NCBI GenBank assembly: GCA_951406725.2 | Contig: OX597816.1 | Span: 67,952,001-68,016,000, forward strand | Origin: Octopus vulgaris | Taxonomy: Eukaryota | DNA length: 64,000 nucleotides | Reading direction: 5' to 3' | Shown here: one piece after another, positions 14,168 to 27,889 of the stretch | Layout of the letters: each line of letters begins with the position of its first letter | Numbering within the stretch: position 1 is the first letter of the stretch | The notes under the pieces: generated by a model | The model's input: the letters and a program-made list of their open reading frames with translations, nothing else | The model's database searches: none | Told to the model about the DNA's origin: nothing | Program-made: the position numbers and the translations under genes

Positions 14168-14690
14168 ATATAAATAATATATAAATATAAGCATATATAC
14201 ATACATATATATGTATATATACATGCATATGTGGGTACAGGACATCAAAAAAACGTTGAACACAATGAGAAACGAAAACATAAATACAAAAACATACAAA
14301 ACAAACTTTTTTTCGAACAACGAAAAAACCAGAGATACGAGACATGCAACATAAAGAATATTCCCCTTCTTCAGTTGTCCCTGTTTCACCTACTTCACGT
14401 TCCATAAGGGGAGGTTATGAGAGGTAATGGTGTCAGTAAGAGCCAAAGGTGTCAGGTAATGCTGAGTATGTGCTATGGATAGACCATAGTTAAGCTCCCG
14501 GTTCGGTGATTATGCGAATAAGAAGTCCAACGCAGTTAATATATCAGCGTGCGTATGTATAATTTTTTTTTTCAGAATGTGATAAAAAAAACAAGGCTGT
14601 GAAGATTTTAGAACACATATAAATGTTCTAAAATCTCTACAGCCTTGGTTTTTTTTTTATCTCATCTTGAAAAAAAAAATTATATACATA
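14160..14690. mobile_element. TA-associated repeat, with a second copy inserted in a SINE at about 1865-2135
   Basis: Shared gggtacaggacatcaaaaaa..gaatattccccttcttcagttgtccctgtttca; short fold-back at 14555-14690. Confidence 0.6.
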
Positions 14691-15097
14691 GGCGCAGGAG
14701 TGGCTGTGTGGTAAGTAGCTTGTTTACCAGCCACATGGTTCCGGGTTCAGTCCCACTGCGTGGCATCTTGGGCAAGTGTCTTCAACTATAGCCTCAGGCC
14801 GACCAAAGCCTTGTGAGTGAATTTGGTAGACGGAAACTGAAAGAAGCCCGTCGTATATATGTACATATATATATATGCGTGCGTGTGTTTGTGTGTCTGT
14901 GTTTGTCCCCCTAGCATTGCTTGACAACCGATGCTGGTGTGTTTATGTCCCCGTTACTTAGCGGTTCGGCAAAAGAGACCGATAGAATAAGTACTAGGCT
15001 TACAAAAGAATAAGTCCCGGAGTCGAGTTGCTCGATTAAAAGGCGGTGCTCCAGCATGGCCGCAGTCAAATGACTGAAACAAGTAAAAGAGTAAAAG
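14691..15097 (+). mobile_element. tRNA-derived SINE family A, full length, with internal TA/TG microsatellite
   Basis: Head GGCGCAGGAGTGGCTGTGTGG (A box)..GGTTCAGTCCC (B box) and tail gactgaaacaagtaaaagagtaaaagag. Other plus copies lie at about 19376-19745, 23405-23680, 30519-30995, 44333-44485, 57415-57885, 61555-62270 and 63705-63945. Confidence 0.88.
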
Positions 15098-15111
15098 AGT
15101 ATATATACATA

Positions 15112-15456
15112 CATTGTTGTGTCTGGAGAGAGTCATTCTCTTTTGGTGCCTTATCATTTAACGCACTCACCGGTAAAATTTCCACTTATTTTTTTTTAGA
15201 TTTATTTAATTTTAATTTTTTTTTCTAAAAGTTTCGTTGCTTCGTGCAACCTTTTCAATAGTCATTGACAGAGTCAAAACCATTGAAAAGGTTGCAAGAC
15301 GCAACGGAAATATTAGAAAAAAAAAGAAATAAGTGGAAATTTTACCGGTGAATGTGTTAAATTATGAGGCACTAAAAGAGAATGGCTCTCCCCAGACACA
15401 ACAGAATATGCTTCAACACACGAATTCACATAAAGAATCATGAAAACCAAATCCCC

Positions 15457-15460
<4 letters not shown>
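15112..15460. mobile_element. Fold-back element with two divergent U3-A8 hammerhead-like motifs (15225-15261 minus, 15280-15316 plus)
   Basis: About 15116-15263 is inverted at about 15278-15402. The motif is CTA-TTGAAAA-G-GTTGC..GCAAC-GAAA..TAG, with a stem I of only 3 bp. Confidence 0.65.
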
Positions 15461-15496
<36 letters not shown>

Positions 15497-15497
<1 letters not shown>

Positions 15498-15681
15498 TTT
15501 ACTCTTTTACTTGCTTCAGTCATTGGACTGCGGCCATGCAGGAGTACCACCTTTAGTCGGACCCCAAGACTTATTCTTTGGAAGCCTAGTACTTATTCTG
15601 TCGGTCACTTTTGCCGAACCGCTAAGTTAGGGGGACGTAAACACACCAGCATCGGTTGTCAAGCGATGTTGGAAGGGATAA

Positions 15682-15714
<33 letters not shown>

Positions 15715-15855
15715 CGACGGGCTTCTTTCAGTTTCCGTCTTTATTCGCCCGAGGGTATAGTAGAAGATATTTGCTCAAGGTACCACGCAGTGGGAATGAA
15801 CCCAGAACCATGTGGTTGGTAAGCAAGCTACATACCACACAGCCACTCCTGCGTC
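15497..15855 (-). mobile_element. SINE family A
   Basis: Colinear with the 58985 copy. Confidence 0.85.
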
Positions 15856-15921
15856 TGATGAACGCTTATATGTAATACTGAATAAGAATGTGAAGTTTTT
15901 CGGTTTAAATATATATATGTG

Positions 15922-15991
<70 letters not shown>

Positions 15992-16075
15992 TGTATGTAT
16001 GTATGTATGTATGTATGTATGCATGTATGTATATATATATATATGTATATTTATATATATATATATGTACATATA

Positions 16076-16113
<38 letters not shown>

Positions 16114-16547
16114 GGTATGTAGAAAAATACAACATGGACAAGAACGTATAACTCTGGGAAGACGATACAATAAACACGGACAGGACATTCGAAACCCTCA
16201 GTCTTCAGTCAAGAACCGGATCATCGTAGTAATTTCGGGTATGTATGTATGTATGTATGCATGTATGTATATATATATATATGTATATATATATATTGAG
16301 CAAGACACTTTATTTCACGTTGCTCCAGTTCACTCAACTGTAGAAATGAGTTGCGACGTCACAGGTGCCAAGCTGTATCGGCCCTTGCCTTTCCCTTGGA
16401 CAACATCGGTGACATGGAGAGGGGAGGCCGGTATGCATGGGCGACTGCTGGTCTTCCATAAAACAACCTTGCCTAGACTTGCGCCTTAGAGGGTAACTCT
16501 CTAGGTGCAAACCCATGGTCAGTGTCTGACCGAAGGGGGTCACCACC

Positions 16548-16578
<31 letters not shown>

Positions 16579-16598
16579 CATATATATATACATACATG

Positions 16599-16658
<60 letters not shown>

Positions 16659-16760
16659 TTAAAATAACTAAGTCTCTCTAAAAGAGAACAGCGGCAGCGT
16701 TCCCGGAAAATAATAGTTATCGCCATACTAATATGGCATTCTTATAATATGGCTGGCTAC

Positions 16761-16802
16761 GCTGCATTGAAAAGGGGCAATACCCCGAAACGCGTCTGTA
16801 GC
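16761..16802 (+). ncRNA. Minimal type I hammerhead with U3-A8 compensated core
   Basis: GCTGCA-TTGAAAA-GGGG-CAATA-CCCC-GAAAC-GC-GTC-TGTAGC; palindromic stem III ACGCGT. Confidence 0.82.
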
Positions 16803-17122
16803 TGCTGGTCAAGTAGTGTGGAGCGACTGACCTCCCTTGTTCGAAGGTTATATGGATACAGTTTGTGTATCAAATAGCTAACTTAAGGCGATGGCCTCAT
16901 GGAGCTAATAAGCGGACAGCTTTTTTCTTATTTTTATAAGAATGCCATATTAGTATGGCGATAACTATTATTTTCCGGGAACGCTGCCGCTGTTCTCTTT
17001 TAGAGAGACTTAGTTATTTTAATATTTCTATTATTGAAAACAAGTGGATGTATTCCACCGAAACTAGGTAAATAAAACCATCGAACAGAGATTGTCGGAA
17101 GCGACACCTACTGGCTGGCTAC

Positions 17123-17164
17123 GCTGCATTGAAAAGGGGCAATACCCCGAAACGCGTCTGTAGC
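17123..17164 (+). ncRNA. Minimal type I hammerhead (tandem copy, U3-A8)
   Basis: Identical to 16761-16802, 362 bp downstream. Confidence 0.82.
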
Positions 17165-17323
17165 TGCCGGTCAAGTAGTGTGGAGCGACTGACCTCCCTT
17201 GTCCGAAGGTTATATGGATACAGTTTGTGTATCAAATAGCTAACTTAAGGCGATGGCCTCATGGAGCTAATAAGCGGACAGCTTTTTTCTTATTTTTATA
17301 AGAATGCCATATTAGTATGGCGA

Positions 17324-17393
<70 letters not shown>

Positions 17394-17408
17394 TATATAT
17401 ACATGCAT

Positions 17409-17477
<69 letters not shown>

Positions 17478-17657
17478 AACCGAAAAAATTTTATTTATAT
17501 ATATATACACACACATGTACATGTATATATATATTTCTAAGCAATAGAAGAGTTGTCTACAGGAAATGGACCGTAGTAAAAGTAAAATAAAACATAATCA
17601 GTTATTTATGACAACAAAGTATTTATAAATAACTCACAAATCTATGTATATTTAATA

Positions 17658-18048
17658 CTAGCAGTATAGCCCGGCGTTGCTCGGGTTTGTTTTGACCCTT
17701 AGAATTTGAATTTTTGAAAACAAAAAATTTTGCATTATGTTGATTGTTATTCTCTTTAAGTGAACATTTTACTGGTTGAAATACACCGGAAAATGGCGAC
17801 ACAGCAGTCAGAACATCGTAAAAAATAGGGATTTTCATAGGAAAAAAAAGGACGTTTTTGATGTAAATAATTTTTGGCGTTAACATGGTCCGATTTGAAT
17901 TTTTTCTTCTACGGAAGGAAGAGCAAGCCTTCTTCTGTCATACTCTCAATTTTGGTCAACTTGCGCCGCAGGGTCTCGGAGGAGATGGTTAGTTGAAGGC
18001 TACCAAACCTGTCACACACAGACAACTTCAGCTTTATATATAGAGAGA
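17658..18048 (-). mobile_element. Non-autonomous Helitron with the same termini and a different interior
   Basis: ctagcagtatagcccggcgttgctcgggtttg end and a related cacagacaacttcagctttatatatagaga end. Confidence 0.72.
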
Positions 18049-18596
18049 TTACACAGAAAACAGGAAGATAGTTCGTAATAGTCCTTCAAAAATAGGGAGA
18101 TATCCAGAGATTAAACACGTGGAAACATAACTAAGTGAAAAACCATTCCTATGGAATCTCTGGATATCTAACCATTCTAGAAGGAATTCTATGGACAATC
18201 TTCTTGCTTTCTGCTTAATTATATTTATATACTTGCGTAACTTTATTTTTAAATGCTTTGGTGCCATAAATAACTGCATGTCCATCGTTTAGTGTGTGTG
18301 TGCGCGCGTGTGTGTGTTTATCTGTCTGTCTGTCTATTTATATCTCAATATATAATAAAAACCAAATGATTCAGACGAAACATTATGCACACGTTTTACG
18401 CGCTCGCGCACTCACGCACGCACACACACACGCGTGTATACATATATATACATGTATGTATATATGTGTGTTTATATGAATATATATATATATATTATAT
18501 ATATTATTATATATATATATATATTATATATATATTATTATTATTATATATATACATATTATCATAAATATATACATATATGTGTATGTATGTATG

Positions 18597-18639
<43 letters not shown>

Positions 18640-18933
18640 GTGTATACATATATATATCTGTGTATATATATATATATATGTACCTATATATATATATATA
18701 TGCATGTATATGTACGTCTACATGTATATACGTGTATATATATGTATATATAGATACATACATATATGTATGTATATATATGCACGCATATATATTTATG
18801 TATGTTTGTATGTATATGTGTATGCATGTATGTATGAATGTATAAATATATTTATATACACATATACATACATGTATATATGCGTGTATGTATATGTGTG
18901 TATATACACTATATATGCATATATATGTGCGTG

Positions 18934-18993
<60 letters not shown>

Positions 18994-19024
18994 TGTGTGT
19001 GTGTATGTGTGTGTGTGTATACGT

Positions 19025-19255
19025 TACTGCACTGTTCGAAAGATTACAGCTGTCCCCATCTTGAGTGAGGATCATGTACTGCAACAGTTTGGGACTCAAG
19101 GGCCCAGTGCTATTTAATACCTAGCCAAAACATTTGAGGGATGTTCATGGAGTGGGGGTAGATGTTTTCAAGAAACGACTTGACTCCTTGCTATCCAAGG
19201 TCCTAGATGAACCAATATCAAGGCAGGGGATTCAAGGAAGAGCAGCAGTGCCTTA
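19025..19255 (+). mobile_element. CR1-like LINE ORF2 3' fragment
   Basis: [45 protein letters not shown]. Confidence 0.7.
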
Positions 19256-19510
19256 TGTGATTGGCACTAGAAGCCAATCACATAACACTGGCCATTGAAA
19301 AGGTTGTTACACTGGCGGTGCACCAGCATGGCCAAAACTTTAGGGCTGAAAGAAGAAAAAGAATAAAAGAATATATAGCTGTGTGGTAAGAAGCTTGCTT
19401 CCCAACCACATGGTTCCGGGTTAACCTTTGGCAAGTGCCTTCTACTAGCCTCGGGCCGACCAAAGCCTTGTGAGTGGATTTGCTAGACGGAAACTGAAAG
19501 AAGCCCGTCG

Positions 19511-19569
<59 letters not shown>

Positions 19570-19758
19570 TTGTACCCCCACCATCGCTTGACAACCGATG
19601 TTGGTATACTTACGTCCCCCGTAACTTAGCGAGTCGGCCAAAGAGACCGATAGAATAAATACTAGCCTTACAAAGAATATGTCCTGGGGGTCGACTAAAG
19701 GCGGTGCTCCAGCATGGCCGTAGTCAAATGACTGAAACAAATATAAAATAAATAACAG

Positions 19759-19850
<92 letters not shown>

Positions 19851-20510
19851 TAATTTGGAGCACTGATACAGGGTTTACCTTTGGCTTCGTTCGGTAGTTA
19901 AGTTTTTTTTTTTACTTCGTAACATTCGAATATACGTTGATATAAAGTTAGAGGGACGTCTATGTATAGATATTATATTTGCATTGCTTAAATTGCTTAA
20001 AACATTGTTATCCGAAGTTTTATAACCATATGTATAAGAGCCATCGACTAACAATAATAATCGTATGTATGTATGTATGTATGTATGTATGTATGTATGT
20101 ATGTATGTATGCAAGTATGCATGTATGTATGTATGTATGTATGTATGTATGTATGTGTGTATGTATGTATGTATGTGCATGTGTGCGTATGTATGTTCGT
20201 GTGTGTGTATATATATATATATATATATTTATAAATACACATATACATATGTTCATATAATGTATATCCACATACACATATATACGTAAATATATAATAA
20301 ATATGTTATACACTTATGTAGATATAAATAACACACACACAAACACACACACACACACACACACACATATTACGAACATGTACTTGCATAGCAAGTGTCC
20401 TGATCTGAGATCGTGTGCTGGAATGAAAACAATTGCTGCGTGGAAGGTGTTTATAAGCCATTTAAGAAACACACAAAAACTGTTAGATTCACTTCAACAT
20501 TTAAATTTAA

Positions 20511-20561
20511 TTTGCCAAAATATTTTCGTCGCTTTGAGACCGCGACCTGTTCGCTGACAAA
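20511..20561 (-). ncRNA. Hammerhead-like motif with G3-C8 swapped core and an extra G
   Basis: TTTGTCA-GCGAACA-G-GTCGC-GGTCTCAAA-GCGAC-GAA-AATATT-T-TGGCAAA. Confidence 0.55.
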
Positions 20562-21874
20562 ATTCCGTGCTGCATATATATTGCACATAAGCATATATAT
20601 ATTTATATACATACACACCCATACATACATACATACATACATACATACATACATACATACATACATACATACATACATTTATACATACATACATACATAC
20701 ATACATACATACATACATACATACATACATACATACATACACACACAATCTGATCGTACAGTTATAGAGGTCGGACACCTAGCAAGTCCTTAATATCTTT
20801 TCAAAATTCAATGACTAGAATATTTATGGGCAGTTGCTTCGAAACGTTCAACTTCTCTATTCTGATTATAAATTTAGATTGATATCGATGAATATTGCCG
20901 CACTTTAGCTATGTAAGAAAAGTTTAAGCGATCCATCATGATACGTTCGATCTTCATTTTCTATAGGATTTTTCTTAATAGCAGTAATCTCGTTGAAATT
21001 TGGTATTAAAATTAATTTTAATTCTTCCATTTAAAAAAGCTTGGATATTCAGGCCAAGAAAGTATTTACCTAACACGCACTTTGTTATCGAAATTCCAGC
21101 TATGAAACTTTTCTGTTTTTTTTTTGTTTTTTTTTTGCTTGAAAGCAACTCCTTTCTTGTGGAAATTCAAATAATGGAAAAGAACGAAAGTGATATACAT
21201 ATATGTACATAAATATATCGATACAAACATATACGCATATCAATAAATACATGAATTTATAAACATACATATAAACCTCAGCAAATAAAATATACTTAGA
21301 TATAGACATACATATACACATGCTTGTGGAGGTGCAATGGCCCAGTGGTTAGGGCAGCGGACTCGCGGTCAGAGGATCGTGGTTTCGATTTCCAGACCGG
21401 ACGTTGTGTGTGTTTATTGAGTGAAAACACCTAAAAGCTCCACGAGGCTTCGGCATGAGGTGGGTGGCGACCCTTGTTGTACTCTTTCGCCCCAACTTTC
21501 TCTCACTCTTTCTTCCTGTTTATTGAGTAACGCGTCCCGTCCAGCTGGGAAACCGGGAAACCGGGCCCACGAGCCTGGCTAGGCTTGAAAAGGGCGCATA
21601 AATAAAATAAAAAATACACATGCTTGCACTCAAACTTTATGCATGGATGCATGCATACATACATACATACATGCATACATACATACATACATACATACAT
21701 ACATACATACATACATACATACATACATACATACATACATACATACATACATACATACATACAGTGCTACACCCGGAAAGCATTGTCCTGAGGGTCATAC
21801 CAAAGGCACATCAGAACCAAAATATATCCGTGTCTTTCAAAATAAAAGAACACCTTTGGAATATTTCGATGGAA

Positions 21875-22348
21875 CTAGGGGATATGGAACTATAAAGCAG
21901 TGGTTCCCAAAAGTGGACAGTATTGCTGTGGAAAGACTCAGGAGGATGTTGAAGAAAAGAGGGGTGATAATAGGGTAGCCGAAATGAGGCAATGGATGTA
22001 CTCCCCAGCTAAATAATGGGTTGATTATGTTAACTTTTATTTATAGTTATTTTGAATTTGCTGCAGAAAGCGGTCTATGTTCGTGGTGGCGAGTTTGGTG
22101 TGTGTGAAGGGGGATGCTGGGGATGTGGCCTGGGTGTCACATACTCTAATCGCACAGTAACAGAGGTCGGCCATCCAGCAAGTTCTTAATATCCTTTCAA
22201 AATTCAATGACTAAAATATTTATGAGCAGTTCAACTTCTTTATTCTGATTATAAATTTAGATTTATATCGATGAATATTGTTGCACTTTAGGGGGCGGCA
22301 GCCCGAAAAGGTTTGGGAACCACTGCTTTATAGCTTCATATCCCCTAG
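21875..22348. mobile_element. hAT-like MITE with 37-bp inverted ends and an interior duplicated from nearby
   Basis: CTAGGGGATATG(GAA/AAG)CTATAAAGCAGTGGTTCCCAAA at both ends, inverted. Confidence 0.75.
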
Positions 22349-22865
22349 ATCAGCGGCTAGTAGAATGTAAATTTCTCGTCAAAACTTCAAGAAAAGGAAA
22401 ACATCCGTGGAGAACTAAGGAGAAAAAATACTGGTTTCAAAGTCAGGCTGTAGATTTTCATCCGTACCTCTTGTCTTAGGTGCAATGGACTATGGTAACA
22501 ATAAATTTGTAGAAAAGCTAAATAGTTCTCGGCTTCGTGCAGAATGAACAAGACAAAATGATTCGCATATGTCAAATATAGTCGACTAGTGGGTCAGTGA
22601 ACACATCTGAAACATTCTAAGGATTCTCCCTTTGAGGTTCTAGGACCGAAGACATACGTACAAAGACAGGTACATATGGAACAGTCTCCCCGTCCTCACA
22701 TATATACACTTCTGTATCAAAGTGATAAGCTCACCCACTACATGAATGTGTACATACATAATATATACATACATACATACATACATACATACATACATAC
22801 ATACATACATACATACATACATACATACTTACATATACATAAGAGAACAAGGTGTACGTACGCTG

Positions 22866-22918
<53 letters not shown>

Positions 22919-24430
22919 AATACAAATGGGACAAGAACGCAAAACATTCAAATAGACGATACAAAAAACACGGACGCGTTATTCGAAGCCTCTAATCTTC
23001 AGTCAAGAACCAGATCATCCTCGCAATTTCGGCTGATTAATCTTGAGATTGCTCCAATCTGGCCAGCCCCAAGGAAAAACTATACATATATATATACATA
23101 CATACATACATACATACATACATACATACATACATACATACATACATGCATACATGCATACATACATACATATATATATATATGTATGCATACATACATA
23201 TATACATACATATATACATACATACATATATGTATGCATACTTACATACATACATACACACACATACCTGTATATGTATACATATATGCATACATACATG
23301 CACATACAAACATGTATACTTTATAATCATGTATTGAGTTATTTCGCCTGTTCTATCAAACCTATATACATGTATTCATACACACACACACACAAACACA
23401 CACGTGAATTTGATAGACGGAAACTGTGTGGAAGTCCGTAGTATATGTGTGTGTGTGCAAAGTGTGTATGTGGTGTGTGTGTCTTTGTTATTGTGTTTGT
23501 ACTCTCACCGCTTGACTACTCATGCTGGTTTGCTTATCTTCTCGTTTCTAGCGATTCGACAAAAGTGATCGATAAAATAAGTGCCAGGCTTAAAAATTAA
23601 GTACTGGGGCCAATTTATTCGACTGAACCCTTTAAGGTTGTGTCTCGACATGACTTCAGCTCAATAATACAAACAAGTAAAACACAAACATGTACACGCT
23701 AACTCACATATTCACAAAAACCGCGATACGGTTTTTGACTCAAAGCCGTGGGTCACTTTGTTAGTGGTCAGTTTTATTTTTGCGATGGACTTAAGTACAT
23801 CTCAAAGAAAATCTACACATACACTTACAAACAAACACATTACAGGAGGTTTTCAGGCAAATACACAATTCCTCCCCGATGTAATTTAAATTCCTGCATT
23901 ATGTCTTTATATCATTAAAAAAAAAAACCGGCACCTTTTTATATATATGAAGGGATCACGGATGTGTGACGAAAGATTTCCGGACAACGGACGTTAGATA
24001 AAGTAAGAACAATAATAAACGAGTGCAGAACAAATATATAGTGTGTGTTTTTATTTAGCAAAAAAGGAAAAGAAAAAAGAAAAGAATTACAATCCCGAAA
24101 ATAACAATATCTATTTCAACACACGGTTCCACATTAGGAATCTTGGTACGCAAATTCATAAACATGTGTGTGTGTATACATTTACATACACGCATACATA
24201 CATGTACGCATATACATATATATATTTGTGTTGTGTATATACATACATGAATATACAGACACGCTCACACATACACATGTACATATATATTTATGTATGT
24301 ATAAATATGTGCGCGTGTGTATGTATACATGTGTGCATATATGCATGTGTATGTATATGTGTGTGTGTATATATATATATATATTATATGCATGTATATA
24401 TACATATATATGTATATCAATGAGTGAGCG

Positions 24431-24476
<46 letters not shown>

Positions 24477-24595
24477 CCTCATATATCGTTCACGACGAGG
24501 GAATCCGTCATACACACACTCACACACACACACTCACACACACACACACACATATATATCTATAATATATCTATATATATATATATATAATATAT

Positions 24596-24687
<92 letters not shown>

Positions 24688-24940
24688 ATTTGTATATATA
24701 TACTATTTGTTGTAAGGTCATTTATTTTCATGAGGTAATTCACCTTTGATAAATTTTGTTTTTTTATCATGCAAAAACCGTCTAAAAACTCAACTTTCTC
24801 ATCAAGGACGGTTGGTGGGGTTGCCTGTTTAGTCATCGTCAACCCGACCATGCGCGGGTGCCACTGGCCTACACGGTTAAAAATATCTAGTCTAATATCA
24901 TCAGATCCCTTGCTCGACATATTAATGTGTATGTGTATTA

Positions 24941-25001
<61 letters not shown>

Positions 25002-25181
25002 GTATGTATATGTGTGTATATATATATAAGTATATATCAGCAATAATAATAATAATAATAATAATCATAATAATAATAAAGATTATTACCATCAAAGGAC
25101 ATGCTATGTAAGAATGTATGCATATATGTACGTATATACAGCTTCAAATAGACTTACATATGTTTCAAATGCATCTATTAG

Positions 25182-25588
<407 letters not shown>

Positions 25589-25640
25589 TGTTTGTTTGTT
25601 TTCCACCTGCCTTCGTCTTTTGTCTATTTTCATAAAGCTT

Positions 25641-25677
<37 letters not shown>

Positions 25678-25681
25678 TATA

Positions 25682-26052
25682 CAGGGTGATTCAAAAGTCT
25701 CTATACATAGGAAAAAATTATTTTTTTCTAAGAAACAGTTTATAAGATCCCCTGGATCCCCTGATCTGACCCCCTCTTAATTTCTATCTTTGGGGGCATT
25801 TGAAGGGCATGGTGTATCGCGGAAAGATAAAAGACATAAATCATTTGAAGGAACGCATCACCAACTCATTTGCACACGTATCACCAGATGTGCTATTACG
25901 AGTTCACAATGAGTGGGGTAAACGTATTGCAATGAGTAGTCAAAATAATTGTAACCATATAGAGCCTGTTCAGTTAAAAAAAAACTTCTTATAAACTGTT
26001 TCTTATAAAAAGATAGATTGTTCCTATGTACGGCGACTTTTGAATAATCTTG
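25682..26052 (+). mobile_element. Tc1/mariner-superfamily deletion derivative with about 65-bp TIRs
   Basis: TA|CAGGGTGATTCAAAAGTC...GACTTTTGAATAATCTTG|TA; internal SPDLTPS*FLSLG/FYLWGHLKGMVY transposase remnant. Confidence 0.85.
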
Positions 26053-27090
26053 TATATTTATATACATACATACAAATTTATATATGTTGGTCGTCAACAC
26101 AATTTCGAGCACAACCACTTTCTCATTGCAGTCATATCCCTGTAACACTTGATAAGCTAACTGTGATCTGTTTGAATTTTTTTTTTGTGTGAGAAATGCA
26201 ACATAATTTGGTAGTTTGGTCAAAAATCACACAAAACGAATGTCCGTTCTTGTGCATTCGCCCAAAAGGAATTTTCAGCTCTGCAGTAGACAAGCACGTC
26301 CTTGGACGTGAAGTTTAGCAGTGCTCCGTATGTAGCGTTGGAGCTGTAAGCCTCTCTCGTTTTCCGATTTGTGATTTTTCATAGGTGCTTAGTCCCTCTT
26401 TTGAAAGTATAATTCGACCATAGATTACTCAGGATATATATGCGTGCATGCATACATACATACATAAATACATACATACATACATACATACATACATACA
26501 TACATACATACATACATACATACATACATACATACATACATGTGGAGGAGCGTGTCTTAGTGGTTAAGATTTTGAGTTCATGTTTGTAAGATTCTAGTTT
26601 CGATTCCTGGAACGGGCGATGCATTGTGTTCTCGAGTAAAACACTTCTTTCATTTCTCGTTGCTCCAGTTCACTCAGTTGGCAAAAATGAGTAATACTGT
26701 GATGGACCAGCGTCCTATCCAGGGGTGGGATATATACACCACCTGAATCTGGAAACCGGCAGTAGGAATCTATGGCTCAACTAGGAGTCTGATCCTTTTT
26801 TGATATACATACACACGTGTACGCAGTGAAAAATGAAAGGTAATGCATACACACACACACATGCACAAACACACACACAGACATACACACGCACACATCT
26901 TTATATATACATGCATGTCTACAAAACATACATTCACACATACACAAACATGCGTACAAAATATACATACATGCCCACTAAATTAGAAATGCGCGTATAC
27001 ATGTTCAAAATATGGAATACTGGTGAAGCATTGCCATAAAAAAAAAAGCATGACATTGGTAAAAACAACAGGCCAGATATTATTCTAAGA

Positions 27091-27277
27091 CAGTGCTTCG
27101 CAACCGGTATGCCGCGGCACACTGGTGTGCCACGAGACGCTGCTAGGTGTGCTGTAGTGTAACTCGAATAAATTTTTTTCCCCCGATACTTTTAGTTATG
27201 TTTTTAGTTCTGATCTACCGCCGAATGTTGAAAAGAATATAAGCGTACCGCAAGTGGAAAAAGATTGCAGAGCGCCG
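27091..27277. mobile_element. Old hAT-like MITE
   Basis: cagtgcttcgcaaccggtatgccgcggcacactggtgtgcc...gattgcagagcgccg; degenerate TIRs. Confidence 0.5.
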
Positions 27278-27889
27278 TTCTAGGGGATCGGGAGCAAAGG
27301 TCATGCAGTCTTATAAGGATCTGCTAATGAGGAACTTACAACTCTTATATCTAAGCTATAGTTTTCTATTTGTTCTTATTATCATAAATGCATAACATAT
27401 TTGCATAAAAATGCTGGAGTTCTAGAAGAAAGAGCAAAGCAAACTGATTCATATCTCCCAAACACAGTCGATTAGAGGTACAGTAAAACATCTGCAAGAC
27501 ATTTCATTTGTTCTCCCTTTGAAGTTTATGAATTGGACATATTGCATATGACATAAACACACAGAAACAGTGTTGAAACACACACACATGTGTATTAACG
27601 TGATGTGCACAACCTCTGTACGAGTGTAAGGTTATTCACAAACTAAGTAACTCATTCATAAATCCACAAACTCCAGGAGTTGTCTTGACATATACAAAAG
27701 AGCTTTATCACTTCGTGAAGTGACCGGTTTCGGGTGTGCAAAAAGCAAACCATAAATATATCTCCAAAGACACACGCACATACATTCACACATACATATT
27801 TAAATACATACATGCATAATATACCGCATGCATACCTGCCTACATACATACATACATACATACATACATACATACATACATACATGCGC

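Larger units (their letters stand above)
16652..17328 (+). mobile_element. Penelope-like non-autonomous element: about 95-bp inverted segment plus partial tandem of a 362-bp unit, in (TA)n
   Basis: 16652-16747 is the reverse complement of about 16934-17030, and 16751-16966 repeats at 17113-17328. TA tracts flank both ends. Confidence 0.85.

Noticed and set aside
18434-19117. YI/HT/CV/LS-rich ORFs here and throughout the window
   Set aside because: Translations of stop-free microsatellites.
21328-21400. tRNA-like sequences at SINE heads
   Set aside because: They continue into SINE bodies, are diverged and lack an intact cloverleaf, so they are not tRNA genes.
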